From: an uncultured delta proteobacterium
GTDB lineage: Bacteria; Desulfobacterota; WTBG01; CAIYCZ01
NCBI GenBank assembly: GCA_963803975.1
Contig: CAWDOY010000049.1
Location: 1-64,000, forward strand
Direction: 5' to 3'
DNA length: 64,000 bases
The notes under the pieces: model-generated
Database searches by the model: none
What the model was told of the DNA's origin: nothing
Seen by the model: the letters and a program-made list of their open reading frames with translations, nothing else
Position numbers and translations under genes: made by a program
Shown: positions 12,527 to 24,177 of the stretch, one piece after another
Layout: each line of letters starts with the position of its first letter
Position numbering within the stretch: the first letter of the stretch is position 1

Positions 12527-14086
12527 TTATTTTTTAAACAGCTTATAGGTAATGCTGTCTGTCAGTGCCTGCCAGCTTGCCTCAATGATGTTTTCTGATA
12601 CGCCGACCGTGCCCCAGCTGTCAACCTTGTCACCTGACTCCACCAGCACCCGCACCCGTGCCGCAGTGCCGTGAATGCCCGGCAGCACGCGCACCTTATA
12701 GTCAATGAGCGAAACATCTTTCAGCTGCGGATAAAATTTTTCAAGGGCTTTGCGCAGCGCATTATCCAGCGCGTTTACCGGGCCATTGCCCATGGCTGCC
12801 GTGTGCTCTACGGCGCCGCCCACTTTTACCATGATGGTTGCTTCACAGAGGGCTTCCTCGTCTTCCCGCTTTTCATTGATGACGCGGAATCCCACCAGAT
12901 CAAAATAGCGCCGGGTCATGCCGAGCGCCCTGCGCATCTGCAGCTCAAATGACGCTTCAGCCCCTTCATACTGAAACCCTTCGCGCTCCCGCTCCTTGAG
13001 GCTGTTCAAAATCTCCTGCACCACCGGGTCGTGGCTGTCAATATCAATGTTGAACTCTTTTGCCTTCTGCAGGATGGTGCTTTTCCCTGCCTGGTCGGAA
13101 ACCAGTATCCGCTGGGTGTTGCCGATAGCTTCCGGCGTAATGTGCTCATAGGTCCGGGGCTGCTTTTTCACGGCGCTCACGTGAACGCCTGCCTTGTGGG
13201 CAAAGGCGCTGCTGCCCACAAACGGCTGATGCTTCAGCGGTGACTGGTTGGCAAGCTCATAGGCAAAGCGCGAAACTTCACACAGGGTGCGCAGCTCGTC
13301 GTCACCCACGCAGGGAATCCCCAGTTTAAGCTGCAGGTTGGGAATAATGGAGCAGAGGTTGGCATTGCCGCACCGCTCGCCATAGCCGTTGATGCTGCCC
13401 TGCACCTGTCGGCAGCCGCTCTGCACCGCGATGAGTGAGTTTGCCACGGCTACGTCGCCGTCATTGTGGGTATGAATGCCCAGCGCTACGCTGGTTGCCT
13501 TTCCGGCAGCACTAACGATCTCCCGGACTTCATGAGGAAGCGACCCGCCGTTGGTATCGCACAGAATAATGCAGTCTGCCCCGCCTGCTGCTGCGTGCTG
13601 CAGAACTTTCAGCGCATAATCCCGGTTCGCCTTAAATCCGTCAAAAAAATGCTCGGCATCAAAAAACACTTCCGGGACCTGTGCTTTAAGATAGCGCAGG
13701 GAGTCCTCTATCAGCTTCAGGTTGTCTTCAAGGCTTATTTTCAGGACGTCCCGGACATGTATATCCCAGGACTTGCCGAATATGGTCACGGCACGGGTTT
13801 TGGCATTGATGAGATCGTTCAGATTCTTGTCACGGGCAATTTCTGCGCCCGGCTTTGCCGTGCTGCCGAAGGCCGTGACCACCGCTTTCTTCAGTTTATA
13901 CCGGCTGATCTCCTGGAAATACTCGTAGTCCGTCGTGTTTGCGCTTGGCCACCCGCCTTCGATGTAATGGACTCCCAGCTCATCGAGCTTCTGCGTGATG
14001 CGCAGCTTGTCCTCAAGGGAAAACGCAATGTCTTCTGCCTGGTTGCCCTCGCGAAGCGTTGTGTCGTAGAGGATGACGTTGTTCAT
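12527..14086 (-). CDS. cimA: Citramalate synthase
   Basis: YDTTLREG, IEGGWP, FGKSW..HV, DAEHFFDG, AFAHKAGVH, SWGTVGVSENIIEASW. Confidence 0.93.
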   Translation of the reverse strand: MNNVILYDTTLREGNQAEDIAFSLEDKLRITQKLDELGVHYIEGGWPSANTTDYEYFQEISRYKLKKAVVTAFGSTAKPGAEIARDKNLNDLINAKTRAVTIFGKSWDIHVRDVLKISLEDNLKLIEDSLRYLKAQVPEVFFDAEHFFDGFKANRDYALKVLQHAAAGGADCIILCDTNGGSLPHEVREIVSAAGKATSVALGIHTHNDGDVAVANSLIAVQSGCRQVQGSINGYGERCGNANLCSIIPNLQLKLGIPCVGDDELRTLCEVSRFAYELANQSPLKHQPFVGSSAFAHKAGVHVSAVKKQPRTYEHITPEAIGNTQRILVSDQAGKSTILQKAKEFNIDIDSHDPVVQEILNSLKEREREGFQYEGAEASFELQMRRALGMTRRYFDLVGFRVINEKREDEEALCEATIMVKVGGAVEHTAAMGNGPVNALDNALRKALEKFYPQLKDVSLIDYKVRVLPGIHGTAARVRVLVESGDKVDSWGTVGVSENIIEASWQALTDSITYKLFKK

Positions 14087-14139
14087 AATTGGGATTCGGG
14101 TTTCGGGCCACGTGCCGCGGGTCACGGGCCACGGCTCTG

Positions 14140-15372
14140 CTACTCCTCGGTGACTCCCAGCTTATCCAGGCCGAAGGCATTGTGCAGGACGCGGACTGCC
14201 AGCTCGGTATATTTTGAATCAATGGCGCAGGAGATTTTTATTTCAGAGGTGCTGATCATCATGATGTTAACTCCTTCATCAGACAGCACTTTAAACATCT
14301 TTGAGGCGACCCCCGCATGGCTCTTCATGCCCACGCCCACGATGGATACTTTTGCTATATTCTCATGTACCGTGACATCCTTTGCGCCGATCTCTCCGGC
14401 TGTTTTTTTAACAATTGCCAGCGCCTTATGGAGATCAGTTTTGGGTACCGTAAAGGTGAGGTCGGTGTAGCCCTCGGCGCTGGCGTTCTGGATAATCATG
14501 TCAACCACTATATTAGCCTCTGATATCGGGCCAAAGACCGTATAGGCGATTCCCGGCTTGTCCGGAACACGGATGACCGTTATCTTGGATTCATTTTTAT
14601 TATAGGTTACTCCTGATACGACAACCTGTTCCATGTCTTCATCCTCCTTGGTTACCAGTGTTCCCGGTTTGCTGGTGAAGCTTGATAATACCATGACCTT
14701 GACCCCGTACTTTTTAGCAAACTCAACCGAGCGCGTCTGCAGGACCTTTGCTCCCAGGCTTGCCATCTCCAGCATCTCATCATAGCTTATTTTCTCAAGC
14801 TTCCGCGCCTCGGGACAGATGTTGGGATCAGTGGTGTACACGCCTTCCACATCAGTATAAATCTCGCACACATCAGCCTGCAGTGCCGCAGCCAGGGCCA
14901 CCCCGGTGGTATCAGAGCCGCCCCGGCCCAGGGTGGTGATATTGTTGTTCTCATCCACACCCTGAAACCCCGCCACGATGGCAATTTTTTTGGCCCGCAA
15001 TGCCCGCAGCAGCTCATCGGTCTCGATTTTCATAATCCGCGCCTTGCTGAAAGCGCTGTCGGTTACAATCTTTACCTGGTACCCCAGAAATGACTCTGCG
15101 TCGACTCCCTGTGAATGCAGCGCCATGGAGAGCAGCGCAACAGATACCTGCTCTCCGGTCGCAACCAGCACATCGTATTCGCGCTCGCTCGGGCTGGGCG
15201 TCATCTGTTTGGAAAGATTGACGAGGCGGTCGGTCTCTCCCGACATTGCCGAAACCACCACGACCACGTCGTTGCCCCGGTTATAGGTATCAATAACTCT
15301 TTTTGCCACATTGCGTATGCGCTCTATATCGCCTACCGAAGTGCCGCCGTATTTTTGAACAATCAGTGCCAC
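14140..15372 (-). CDS. lysC: Aspartate kinase
   Basis: [19 protein letters not shown], two ACT domains ending ISTSEIKIS. Confidence 0.97.
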   Translation of the reverse strand: MALIVQKYGGTSVGDIERIRNVAKRVIDTYNRGNDVVVVVSAMSGETDRLVNLSKQMTPSPSEREYDVLVATGEQVSVALLSMALHSQGVDAESFLGYQVKIVTDSAFSKARIMKIETDELLRALRAKKIAIVAGFQGVDENNNITTLGRGGSDTTGVALAAALQADVCEIYTDVEGVYTTDPNICPEARKLEKISYDEMLEMASLGAKVLQTRSVEFAKKYGVKVMVLSSFTSKPGTLVTKEDEDMEQVVVSGVTYNKNESKITVIRVPDKPGIAYTVFGPISEANIVVDMIIQNASAEGYTDLTFTVPKTDLHKALAIVKKTAGEIGAKDVTVHENIAKVSIVGVGMKSHAGVASKMFKVLSDEGVNIMMISTSEIKISCAIDSKYTELAVRVLHNAFGLDKLGVTEE

Positions 15373-15374
15373 GC

Positions 15375-15857
15375 TTAAATACCTCCTCCTATTTTATTCT
15401 TATACGTTGTCAGCAGCGCCGCGTGCTTTTCACCGTGTGCGCTAAAGGTGAGCCGGCGCTCCTGTTCTGCAATATATTCCATGCTGATGATTAAACGTTC
15501 ACGGGGAAGCGTGCCCTCTGCCCGGTCTGCCCACTCAATAACCGTTACCCCCGTGCCATACAGGCACTCTTCAAGCCCCAGCTCTGTCAGGTCAGCACTG
15601 CTGGCAATACGATAGAGGTCAAAATGATACAGCGGGACCGTCCCCGGATACTCCTGCATAAACGTAAACGTCGGACTGGTCACTTCATGCTCCGGGACGC
15701 CGGCCAAAACCGAAGCCAGGCCCTTGATAAAGCAGGTCTTGCCGCTGCCGAGCTCACCCACCAGGCCGATGACGCTGCCCGGCTCCAGCACGCTGCCGAA
15801 TGTTCTGCCGTATTGAATGGTCTGCTGCGGACCTCTGGATATAAGCGTTAAATCCAC
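15375..15857 (-). CDS. tsaE: tRNA t6A biosynthesis ATPase
   Basis: [25 protein letters not shown]. Confidence 0.95.
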   Translation of the reverse strand: MDLTLISRGPQQTIQYGRTFGSVLEPGSVIGLVGELGSGKTCFIKGLASVLAGVPEHEVTSPTFTFMQEYPGTVPLYHFDLYRIASSADLTELGLEECLYGTGVTVIEWADRAEGTLPRERLIISMEYIAEQERRLTFSAHGEKHAALLTTYKNKIGGGI

Positions 15858-15863
15858 AGTTAT

Positions 15864-17432
15864 CTAAAGCGCGGAACGCTCCTGCGCAATAAATTGCTGC
15901 AGGGCGCCCGGTATCTCATTAATAATATCAGTGGCCAGAATCCCGACGCATCCCCGCTGAGCGGAAATCCGGTCGCCGATATGGCCGTGCAAAAAAACGG
16001 AAAGCTGCGCGGAAAAAAGCGCGTCAATGCCCTGCGCGATGAAGCCTGCAATCATGCCGGTCAGCACATCCCCCATGCCGCCGCTGGCCATGCCGGGATT
16101 GCCGGTTGGATTAATATACACGTGCCCTCCCGGCTCAGCGATGACCGTGCGCGCACCTTTCAAAACGAGCGTGACGCCGAATTCAGAAGCAAATTTTCGC
16201 GCTGCCGCGATCCGGTCAGCCTGCACCGCCTGCGTGGTGGTTCCCGTAAGCCGCGCCATTTCACCGGGATGCGGGGTCAGGATAACAGGTGCTTTTGCTT
16301 TTTTAAGAATATCCGGATTGCGCGCCACCGCATTCAGCCCGTCTGCATCAATCACCAGGGGCACGGCAGCTGTTTCCAGTATCTTATAAACAAGGGCTGC
16401 CGTCTCTTCCCGGTCTGAAATCCCCGGACCTACGGCAACAACGGTTTTCCCCGGCAGCACCTCCTGTATCCGCTGCCAGGCGTCCATTCCCAGGAAACCG
16501 GCAGATGCATCAGGCAGCGGCTCGGTCATGGCCTCGGTCACCTTTATCGCAAGTATCTGGTTCAGGGTTGCAGGTATGCCTATGGTGACCAGTCCTGCCC
16601 CGACCCGCATGGCAGCCTGTGCAGCCATTGCAGCAGCTCCGGTTTTACCCGGTGAGCCCGCGATGATAAAGGCATGGCCATAGGTGCCCTTGTGCGAATC
16701 AGGGTTTCGCTGCGGCAGTTTTCCAGTAAAATCTTTTTCTTCCAGCAGGTGGTCCAGTAAACCCGCGCTTGACACAAGTGCCTGCGGGATTCCGATATCT
16801 ATTACTTCAAGCTTCCCGGCACAGGAAGCACCGGGATAAACCACCAGTCCCTGTTTAACCAGGCCCAGGGTGCAGGTGAGGTGCGCCTTAACCGCACTGC
16901 CGAGGACCGCGCCGGTTGAGGCATCGAGCCCGGACGGCAGATCCACTGCCACAATGGGCTTGCCGGCTTTATTTATATCTTCAATCACCCGCAGGGCAAG
17001 CCCGGTGACTGCCGAAGAAAGCCCGGTGCCAAAGATGGCATCAACAATGAGGCCGGCATGCTGTATGTCAGGCAGCGCGCCCTGCCAGGCTGTTTCATCC
17101 GGTATCTCGGCAACAGCTCCGCCCATGCGCTGAAAAGCACGCATATTGACTGCAGCATCACCGCTTATTGTTTCTGCCTGAGCAAGCAGAAAAACTTTTA
17201 CCGCGCATGAATGGTTTAAGAGACAGCGGGCGATGACAAATCCGTCGCCGCCGTTATTTCCCTTCCCGGCAAGCACGGCAACTTTTCTCTGCCGGATATC
17301 CGGGAAATGGCGCAGCATCTGCTCAAAGGTGCCCCGGCCGGCATTCTCCATGAGCACTGCGCCGGGTATCCCGATGTCCTGGATCGTCTTGCTGTCCAGC
17401 TCCTGCATCTGCCGGGCGGTTACAATATACAT
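15864..17432 (-). CDS. nnr: Bifunctional NAD(P)HX epimerase/dehydratase
   Basis: LMENAG, GKGNNGGDG, DAIFGTG, HKGTYG, TPHPGEM, GGMGDVL. Confidence 0.95.
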   Translation of the reverse strand: MYIVTARQMQELDSKTIQDIGIPGAVLMENAGRGTFEQMLRHFPDIRQRKVAVLAGKGNNGGDGFVIARCLLNHSCAVKVFLLAQAETISGDAAVNMRAFQRMGGAVAEIPDETAWQGALPDIQHAGLIVDAIFGTGLSSAVTGLALRVIEDINKAGKPIVAVDLPSGLDASTGAVLGSAVKAHLTCTLGLVKQGLVVYPGASCAGKLEVIDIGIPQALVSSAGLLDHLLEEKDFTGKLPQRNPDSHKGTYGHAFIIAGSPGKTGAAAMAAQAAMRVGAGLVTIGIPATLNQILAIKVTEAMTEPLPDASAGFLGMDAWQRIQEVLPGKTVVAVGPGISDREETAALVYKILETAAVPLVIDADGLNAVARNPDILKKAKAPVILTPHPGEMARLTGTTTQAVQADRIAAARKFASEFGVTLVLKGARTVIAEPGGHVYINPTGNPGMASGGMGDVLTGMIAGFIAQGIDALFSAQLSVFLHGHIGDRISAQRGCVGILATDIINEIPGALQQFIAQERSAL

Positions 17433-17589
17433 GGAGGCTCACCTCTGAAATTGTGTGTCCAGATACTTTTAACCGCGGAGAACGCTGAGCTCGCAGAGGA
17501 AATTTTCTTCTGCTGCCGGATACGCAGCTTCATTTTTTTTATTCCGAATCTCGGTAATCCGCGTTTATCTGCGTCCTGAATAACTCTGT

Positions 17590-18315
17590 TCAAACAGAGC
17601 AGCGCTGGATCAGCTCAAGCATCTCCCGTACCGCGCGCTCCATTCCCACCAGTACTGCCCGGGCAATAATGCTGTGGCCGATGCTGAACTCGTTTATCCC
17701 GGGGATGGATACCAGCCGTGAGATATTAGTATAATCAAGGCCATGCCCGGCATTAATCCCCAGCCCCATATTTTCTGCCATTTCTACTGCCGCAATGATC
17801 CGCTCAAATTCCCGGTCTTGCGCTTTGGGGGTTTTAGCATTACAGTAGATGCCGGTATGAATCTCAATAAAATCAGCGCCGATTTCCTGCGCCGCTGCTA
17901 TCTGCCGGGCATCAGGGTCGATAAACAGGCTCACCGCAATCCCCCTTTTCTTTAGGCCGGCAACCGTCTGCTTCAAGCTCTTTTTCTGCCCTGCCGCATC
18001 GAGCCCGCCTTCGGTGGTGAGCTCACGGCGCTTTTCCGGCACCAGGCAGGCCATATCAGGTTTTATGTTCAGCGCGATTTTGACTATCTCGGGGATGGCT
18101 GCCATCTCCAGGTTCAATCTGGTCTTGACTGTTTTTCTGAGAATCTCAACATCGCGATCCTGGATGTGGCGGCGGTCCTCCCGCAGGTGCACGATAATGC
18201 CGTGGCAGCCGGCAAGCTCTGCCAGTGCCGCAGCAGTAACCGGGTCCGGCTCTGCTGCCAGACGCGCCTGCCGCACGGTAGCGATATGGTCAACATTTAC
18301 TGAGAGTCTGGCCAT
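17590..18315 (-). CDS. pdxJ: Pyridoxine 5'-phosphate synthase
   Basis: LSVNVDHIATVRQAR, HLREDRRHIQ, ELTTEGGLD, NAGHGL. Confidence 0.97.
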   Translation of the reverse strand: MARLSVNVDHIATVRQARLAAEPDPVTAAALAELAGCHGIIVHLREDRRHIQDRDVEILRKTVKTRLNLEMAAIPEIVKIALNIKPDMACLVPEKRRELTTEGGLDAAGQKKSLKQTVAGLKKRGIAVSLFIDPDARQIAAAQEIGADFIEIHTGIYCNAKTPKAQDREFERIIAAVEMAENMGLGINAGHGLDYTNISRLVSIPGINEFSIGHSIIARAVLVGMERAVREMLELIQRCSV

Positions 18316-18426
18316 AGGTATTCCTTCAGGGTTCGAGGATTCATGGGTTCCAGGGTTCAAGGGTTATAATATTCAAGTCGGCCACTCGAACGGTCCTCTG
18401 ATCCCTTGACCCCTTGGACCCTGCTT

Positions 18427-19362
18427 TTACGCTTTTCTAATCGCCGCCGCCACTTCAGCCGCCATTTTCATGGTCTTAACATCGTGCACGCGGATGAAAT
18501 GGGCTCCGTTATAGACTGCAATGGCTACGGTCGCCGCCGTTCCCGGCTCCCGTTCATGGACCGGCGCGTTGAGCAGCCTGCCGATAAATGCCTTGCGCGA
18601 TGTTCCTACCAGAACGGGCCTCCCCAGCGCGCTGAAGGCTGACAGATGCTTGAGAATGGTAAAGTTATCTTTTTCTGTAGATTTACCGAACCCGATCCCC
18701 GGATCAACAATAATACGGTCCACTGCTATGCCGGACTGAACCGCATATTCAATGCGCTCCTGCAAAAAGACCCGAATCTCATCAAGCAGGGACTCGTAGT
18801 GAATATGCCGCTGCATGGTCCGGGGGGTGCCCTGCATATGCATAAGTACTACCGGCACGTTGCCGGCAGCAACAATCGCCCCCATGTCAGGATCAAAGCG
18901 CAGGGCGCTCACATCATTTACCATCTCGGCGCCTGCTGCAAGAGCCTGACGCGCAACTTCAGCCTTGGTGGTATCAACAGATATGGGCACGCTGACCCTG
19001 GCGGACAGCGCTTGTATCACCGGCAGTATCCGTTCTATCTCTTCAGCCGCTGAAACCGGCAGCGCTCCCGGCCGGGTGGACTCGCCCCCGATATCAATAA
19101 TATCCGCTCCTTCCGCTGCCAGGCGCAGGCCCTGAGCAATTGCCTGCTCATGGCTTTCATACTGCCCGCCGTCAGAAAAAGAATCCGGGGTCACATTCAC
19201 GATGCCCATCACATAGGGGCGCACGGCAAAATCAAATACTTTTTTTCTGCAGACTATCGGCGGGAGCGGGTTCTGATTCACTGTTTGCAGCTGCGCGGGC
19301 AACTTTTCAAGCTGGTCGCTATTATGCTTCAGGCGCTTTTTCAAGAGGTTCCAGTGGCTCAC
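18427..19362 (-). CDS. folP: Dihydropteroate synthase (start uncertain)
   Basis: [41 protein letters not shown]. Confidence 0.96.
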   Translation of the reverse strand: MSHWNLLKKRLKHNSDQLEKLPAQLQTVNQNPLPPIVCRKKVFDFAVRPYVMGIVNVTPDSFSDGGQYESHEQAIAQGLRLAAEGADIIDIGGESTRPGALPVSAAEEIERILPVIQALSARVSVPISVDTTKAEVARQALAAGAEMVNDVSALRFDPDMGAIVAAGNVPVVLMHMQGTPRTMQRHIHYESLLDEIRVFLQERIEYAVQSGIAVDRIIVDPGIGFGKSTEKDNFTILKHLSAFSALGRPVLVGTSRKAFIGRLLNAPVHEREPGTAATVAIAVYNGAHFIRVHDVKTMKMAAEVAAAIRKA

Positions 19363-21142
19363 CGTTAACTATTTTATCAATATCGTCTGTGTCCAGAGAT
19401 TCTCTTTCCAGAAGCATCTCTGCAAGCCGGTGGAGGGTGCTGATATTATCTGTGAGCAGCTGTTTTACGCGCGCATAATTTTCTGTCACGATGCTGGTGA
19501 CTTCATCGTCTATCTTGACCGCGGTATCTTCACTGTAATCCCGGTGCTGTGCTATCTCTCTGCCCAGAAAAATCATCTCCTCTTTTTTGCCGTAGGTGAG
19601 CGGCCCCAGTTTTTCACTCATGCCCCAGTTGCACACCATCCGCCGCGCCAGATCGGTTGCCCGTTCCAGGTCGTTACCCGCACCGGTGGTCATGTCATGC
19701 AGAACAAGCTCTTCTGCAACACGGCCTCCCATAAGAATGGCAATGTTGTTGTTAAGATAAATTTTAGGATAGGTATGTTTTTCATCTATCGGTAATTGCT
19801 GCGTGAGGCCCAGCGCCATGCCCCGGGGAATGATGGTAACCTTGTGAATGGGGTCGGTGCCCGGGATGAGCTTTGCTACCAGGGTGTGCCCTGACTCATG
19901 GTAGGCGGTAATTTTCCGCTCTTCCGGGCTGATGATCATGCTTTTGCGCTCGCTGCCCATGAGCACTTTATCCTTTGCCTGCTCAAAGTCCTTCATCATT
20001 ACGGTTGCTTTCCCCTGCCGGGCGGCAAGCAGCGCGGCTTCATTCACCAGGTTTGCGAGATCAGCGCCGCAAAAGCCCGGCGTTCCCCGGGAAAGAACAC
20101 TTAAATCCACATCCCCATCAAGCGGTGTTTTGCGCGTATGGACTTTTAAGATGCCCTCCCTGCCGCGTATGTCGGGGATGGGCACAATAATCCGCCGGTC
20201 AAAACGGCCGGGCCGGAGCAACGCCGGGTCCAGCACATCGGGCCGATTGGTGGCGGCAATAAGGATCACCCCGTCGTTTGATTCAAAGCCGTCCATTTCA
20301 ACCAGCAGCTGATTCAGGGTCTGCTCGCGCTCATCGTGGCCGCCGCCAAGCCCTGCGCCCCGGTGCCGGCCAACCGCATCTATTTCGTCGATAAAAATAA
20401 TACACGGAGCATGTTTCTTGCCCTGGATAAAGAGGTCGCGCACCCGCGCCGCTCCCACCCCGACAAACATCTCCACAAAATCTGAGCCGCTGATGCTGAA
20501 AAACGGGACGCCGGCCTCACCGGCAATGGCCCGTGCCAGCAGGGTCTTTCCGGTGCCGGGAGCGCCGACCACCAGCGCGCCTTTGGGTATCCTTCCCCCC
20601 AGGGTGGTAAATCGTTTCGGGTCTTTCAGGAAATCAATGATCTCCTCCAGTTCCGCTTTTGCTTCATCAATACCCGCCACGTCAGCAAACGTTACTTTCT
20701 GCTGCTGCTCAGTCAGCAGCCGCGCCCTGCTTTTGCCGAATGACATGGCCTTGCCGCCGCCGATCTGTACCTGACGCATGAAAAAAATCCAGACGCCGAT
20801 CAGCAGCAGCATGGGAAACCATGAAATAATAAGCTGCATCCACCACGAGGACTGCTCATCCGGTCTCACATCAATGGTTACCCGCTTTGCCATCAGGTCC
20901 TTAACCAGTTCCGGGTCATTGATGGTGTAGGTTTTGAATTCCCGGCCGTCACCGAATTTACCGTAAATATTGTTTCCCTGGATGGTAACTTCCCGGACCT
21001 CGCCGCGGTCTACAGCCAGGCGGAACTCGCTGAACAGCACCTTCTGCCGGCTCGTCTTGGGTTGATTAAAGAGATTGAATAAAAGCACCATCACCAGTGC
21101 TATAACCAGCCACAGGGCCATATTTTTATAGAAAGGGTTCAT
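19322..21142 (-). CDS. ftsH: ATP-dependent zinc metalloprotease FtsH
   Basis: Two TM helices, [24 protein letters not shown]. Confidence 0.98.
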   Translation of the reverse strand: MNPFYKNMALWLVIALVMVLLFNLFNQPKTSRQKVLFSEFRLAVDRGEVREVTIQGNNIYGKFGDGREFKTYTINDPELVKDLMAKRVTIDVRPDEQSSWWMQLIISWFPMLLLIGVWIFFMRQVQIGGGKAMSFGKSRARLLTEQQQKVTFADVAGIDEAKAELEEIIDFLKDPKRFTTLGGRIPKGALVVGAPGTGKTLLARAIAGEAGVPFFSISGSDFVEMFVGVGAARVRDLFIQGKKHAPCIIFIDEIDAVGRHRGAGLGGGHDEREQTLNQLLVEMDGFESNDGVILIAATNRPDVLDPALLRPGRFDRRIIVPIPDIRGREGILKVHTRKTPLDGDVDLSVLSRGTPGFCGADLANLVNEAALLAARQGKATVMMKDFEQAKDKVLMGSERKSMIISPEERKITAYHESGHTLVAKLIPGTDPIHKVTIIPRGMALGLTQQLPIDEKHTYPKIYLNNNIAILMGGRVAEELVLHDMTTGAGNDLERATDLARRMVCNWGMSEKLGPLTYGKKEEMIFLGREIAQHRDYSEDTAVKIDDEVTSIVTENYARVKQLLTDNISTLHRLAEMLLERESLDTDDIDKIVNGEPLEPLEKAPEA

Positions 21143-21283
21143 AATAAGTCTCTTGCCATGGTTATGTCGGTTGCCGTTTTAAGCGCCCTTGTTTTTTCTG
21201 TTATATCACAAGTAGCTGCGGCTCTCAATATAAATGGAACAGTTCGCAAGCTAAAGATACTGGTAATGGTCTGTTTCATCGTG

Positions 21284-21355
21284 ACCCCCTCTGACTCCCC
21301 CGTGGCCCATCGGGAGAACGTTTCCCCTCCTTGCCAAGGAGGGGTCAGGGGAGGT
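21284..21355. repeat. REP-like palindromic element
   Basis: Perfect hairpin CCCCTCCTTG-C-CAAGGAGGGG within C-rich/G-rich arms; similar elements at ~58351-58400 and ~61948-61990. Confidence 0.65.
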
Positions 21356-21399
21356 GTGTGAGAATCCAGAACGCTCAATTACCCTATCCCCGTGCCGAA

Positions 21400-22809
21400 T
21401 CAGGATAATTCACCTGCTCTGGTCATGGTTACTTTCAAGACCCGCCGGGTTGTTTCCTTCAGCCGGAACCGGTCATCAATCCTTAAGCCCCCGATCCAGG
21501 CAATAACATCCCGGGAAAGCAGCAGGGGGATGGTACGACGCTGCCGCGGGGAAATTTTGTTATCAATAAAAAAATCTTTCAATTTTTTGCTGCCGCCCAT
21601 TCCCAGAGGGTAAAAGCGGTCACCCGGCCGGCAGGTTCTCACGGTAAGCGGCAACTGTATCTCATCGTAATCAAGAAAATCAATGTTTTTTTCCCGTGCC
21701 AGCAGTTTATCAACGGGCTCCTGCAGATCTTCCACAGAGAGAACTATATCCCGGCTTATCTCTGCAATGCTCACGCGCGCGGGAATCCCGTCAATAGCGT
21801 AGCAGTATGACTGCCGGCGGGGCTTCTCCTGCGTGAAAATAAGCCGGTCATATTCCCGTATCACAGACCAGCCGGCAGGAAGCTGTATCGTCCTTGACCG
21901 GCCCGCTCCCTCCAGCACCCGGCGTACTGCCTCAACATGGTTGAAATAAATCCCCTGGCTGCCGCCTTTGATCCCCGCGATAATAGCTTTTATAATCCTG
22001 CCCCGGAGCGGCCCGGGATACTGCGTAATATAATCAACAGAACAGCTGACTTCCTGCTCATCCCGTGACGAAAGCATTGGATCGACAATCTGCCGCACCA
22101 TCTGGTCAAGAATTTCATTATCACTGCGCAGCAGCTCGGAGAGGCGGTTCAGGGTCTGCACGATGCGGGGATTATAGTCCTTCTGCAGGAGCGCAACGAG
22201 GTTGTGGCGGATTTTATTCCTGAAATAGTGCGGCTCGGCTGCCGAGCTGTCAGGGATATAGGTGATCTTCTGCTGCGCAAGATACGACTCTATCTCGCCG
22301 CGGGTGACGGCAATCAGAGGACGGATAAAAAAAGTATCCCGAACCGGCGGGATGCCGGCAAGTCCGTTTCCGGACGTCCCCCGTATGAGCCACATCAGGA
22401 GCGTCTCTGCCTGGTCATTGGCATTATGGCCGAGGGCGACTTTCTGCGCACCCAGGCGCTCCCGCAGCTCAAGAAAAAAACGGTACCTGACCAGGCGGGC
22501 TGCTTCCTGCAGCGAACCGCCGTTCTGCTCTTTAAAAGCGCGCACATCCCGTTCCTCGGTGATGCAGGTCACCCCGTTGCGGCCGGCTAACTCCTGGACA
22601 AAACCCGCCTCAAGGCGTGCTGCTTCGCCCCGCAGCATATGGTTCAGGTGCGCTACGGTCAGCTTAAGGTGCCACTTTTTCTGCAGACCGCACAGAACAG
22701 AGAGCAGCGCCACTGAATCTGCACCCCCAGAGACACCCACCAGCACGTGATCTCCCGGCTGGAGCATGGTGCAGGTTTTAATGGTCTTAACAGCTTTGCT
22801 TACAATCAT
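21400..22809 (-). CDS. tilS: tRNA(Ile)-lysidine synthetase
   Basis: VSGGADS, HLNH.LR, GH..NDQAET, RPL, RN.IR and a TilS C-terminal domain. Confidence 0.96.
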   Translation of the reverse strand: MIVSKAVKTIKTCTMLQPGDHVLVGVSGGADSVALLSVLCGLQKKWHLKLTVAHLNHMLRGEAARLEAGFVQELAGRNGVTCITEERDVRAFKEQNGGSLQEAARLVRYRFFLELRERLGAQKVALGHNANDQAETLLMWLIRGTSGNGLAGIPPVRDTFFIRPLIAVTRGEIESYLAQQKITYIPDSSAAEPHYFRNKIRHNLVALLQKDYNPRIVQTLNRLSELLRSDNEILDQMVRQIVDPMLSSRDEQEVSCSVDYITQYPGPLRGRIIKAIIAGIKGGSQGIYFNHVEAVRRVLEGAGRSRTIQLPAGWSVIREYDRLIFTQEKPRRQSYCYAIDGIPARVSIAEISRDIVLSVEDLQEPVDKLLAREKNIDFLDYDEIQLPLTVRTCRPGDRFYPLGMGGSKKLKDFFIDNKISPRQRRTIPLLLSRDVIAWIGGLRIDDRFRLKETTRRVLKVTMTRAGELS

Positions 22810-23100
22810 TGCTTTAAAAATCTTTACCTTTGACTCCGGTTTATAGTATATATATTATACCGAAATTGATAAAAGGTGCTATGTAAAAACCGGGGGCCGT
22901 CAAAAGTTCTATAAAAGGAATACGGATGGAACCACGGGATATAACCACAGAGGACCTTGAGAGTCAGCGGGTTGTGGCGTTAAGGCGTTCTGAAGTTCCC
23001 TCATTACAAAACTCCACACCCCCAACTCCTAAACTCTTTAACGTTAGTGCGCTCTGTGGTTACATTTTAGCAATATAAAAAATAGAGGAAGGGGCATTCC

Positions 23101-23496
23101 ATGAAACGACCTGTTTATCAACTGATACTTATTAGTTTTGTCTGTCTTTTATGTGGAACGGCATCTGGAGCAGATCAGGCTCCCCCTGCCCAGCAGGATC
23201 AACCGCACGGGATCCAGCGGTTGGGGAGAGGTGTTGTGAATACCATCTCGTCTCCCCTTGAACTGCTGGCGCAGCCGATTGCCAGGGCCAAGTACTGGGA
23301 TGACCGGAGCACTAATCAGTTTGCCGTGCTGGGCGGCTTTTTTGAAGGCATACCCATGGGGTTTGTATATTTTGGCTGGCGGCTGGGCGCAGGGTTCTAT
23401 GATATGTTCACCTTTCCGTACTGGTGTTACGATAAATCCATTATTCAGCCTGAATATCTGAGCTTCTCCCCGGAGTTTCTGGAGCCGGGCGACTGA
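23101..23496 (+). CDS. Exported small protein resembling the TIGR04073 exosortase-system-associated family
   Basis: Signal peptide; RLGRGVVN...PLE and R..AG.YD..TFP motifs (family recalled, not searched). Confidence 0.6.
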   Translation: MKRPVYQLILISFVCLLCGTASGADQAPPAQQDQPHGIQRLGRGVVNTISSPLELLAQPIARAKYWDDRSTNQFAVLGGFFEGIPMGFVYFGWRLGAGFYDMFTFPYWCYDKSIIQPEYLSFSPEFLEPGD

Positions 23497-23754
23497 TTAC
23501 TTCTGCTGCTGACGCGCCTCTTGATAGAGTGCTTCTATCTTTTCATCCCGGCGCTGTTCCAGCTTGCGGATTTCTTCAGGGAGTTCAGGTGCCCCGTGCA
23601 TAAGAATCTTGTTCTCGGCGACCTTAGCCTCACACTCTCTCTTTATCTCTGCTATGCGCTGCTTCTGTTCTGCGGTGAGAGAAAGGCTGTCGTCGATGCC
23701 CATGCCCTTGATTCTTTCCAGGGCCAGTTCATAACTGCTCTTAAGCTCTGACAT
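23497..23754 (-). CDS. Conserved hypothetical protein
   Basis: MSELKSSYELALER...LT.EQK..IAEI, coiled-coil character, RBS GGAG. Confidence 0.75.
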   Translation of the reverse strand: MSELKSSYELALERIKGMGIDDSLSLTAEQKQRIAEIKRECEAKVAENKILMHGAPELPEEIRKLEQRRDEKIEALYQEARQQQK

Positions 23755-23896
23755 GTGCGTCTATGCTCCGTTGTCGGTTTACGGTTACTGGGTACTCCTC
23801 TCTATAGAGCACCAATGCGGCGGCAGGTGCTTTCCCGTATCATGCGGTCACCGCAGCAGCCTGGTCCGCGCGCCTGATTTGAAAGGATAAACCGGA

Positions 23897-24163
23897 ATGT
23901 CAAAAGTAGCAAGCGCTATAAAAGACAAGCTCCACACTATTTTGACCAAAGACTACGAAGACTGTCAGTTTTTTTTCGCCGCAGCGGATCTGCTGAGCGA
24001 TAAACTAAAAAACATAACTGAGCTGACGAGGGCGGAAGAAATAGATTTCGACGTGTTGCGCGACACCATTGGCGAGCTGGGAATATGTATCAGCAACATT
24101 GAGCGGGGGCTGAGCGAGGCAGAAGAGTGTTATACCCGGCTGGTTGAGGCGCTTGAAAAATAG
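23897..24163 (+). CDS. Hypothetical helical protein
   Basis: AAAGGA RBS; ORF coupled to the downstream nitroreductase. Confidence 0.65.
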   Translation: MSKVASAIKDKLHTILTKDYEDCQFFFAAADLLSDKLKNITELTRAEEIDFDVLRDTIGELGICISNIERGLSEAEECYTRLVEALEK

Positions 24164-24177
24164 AGGGCACACCTGCC

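Noticed and set aside
13466..14470. Long antisense ORFs (also 29013-29990, 46254-47171 and others)
   Set aside because: Shadows of well-supported genes on the opposite strand, with no recognisable motifs
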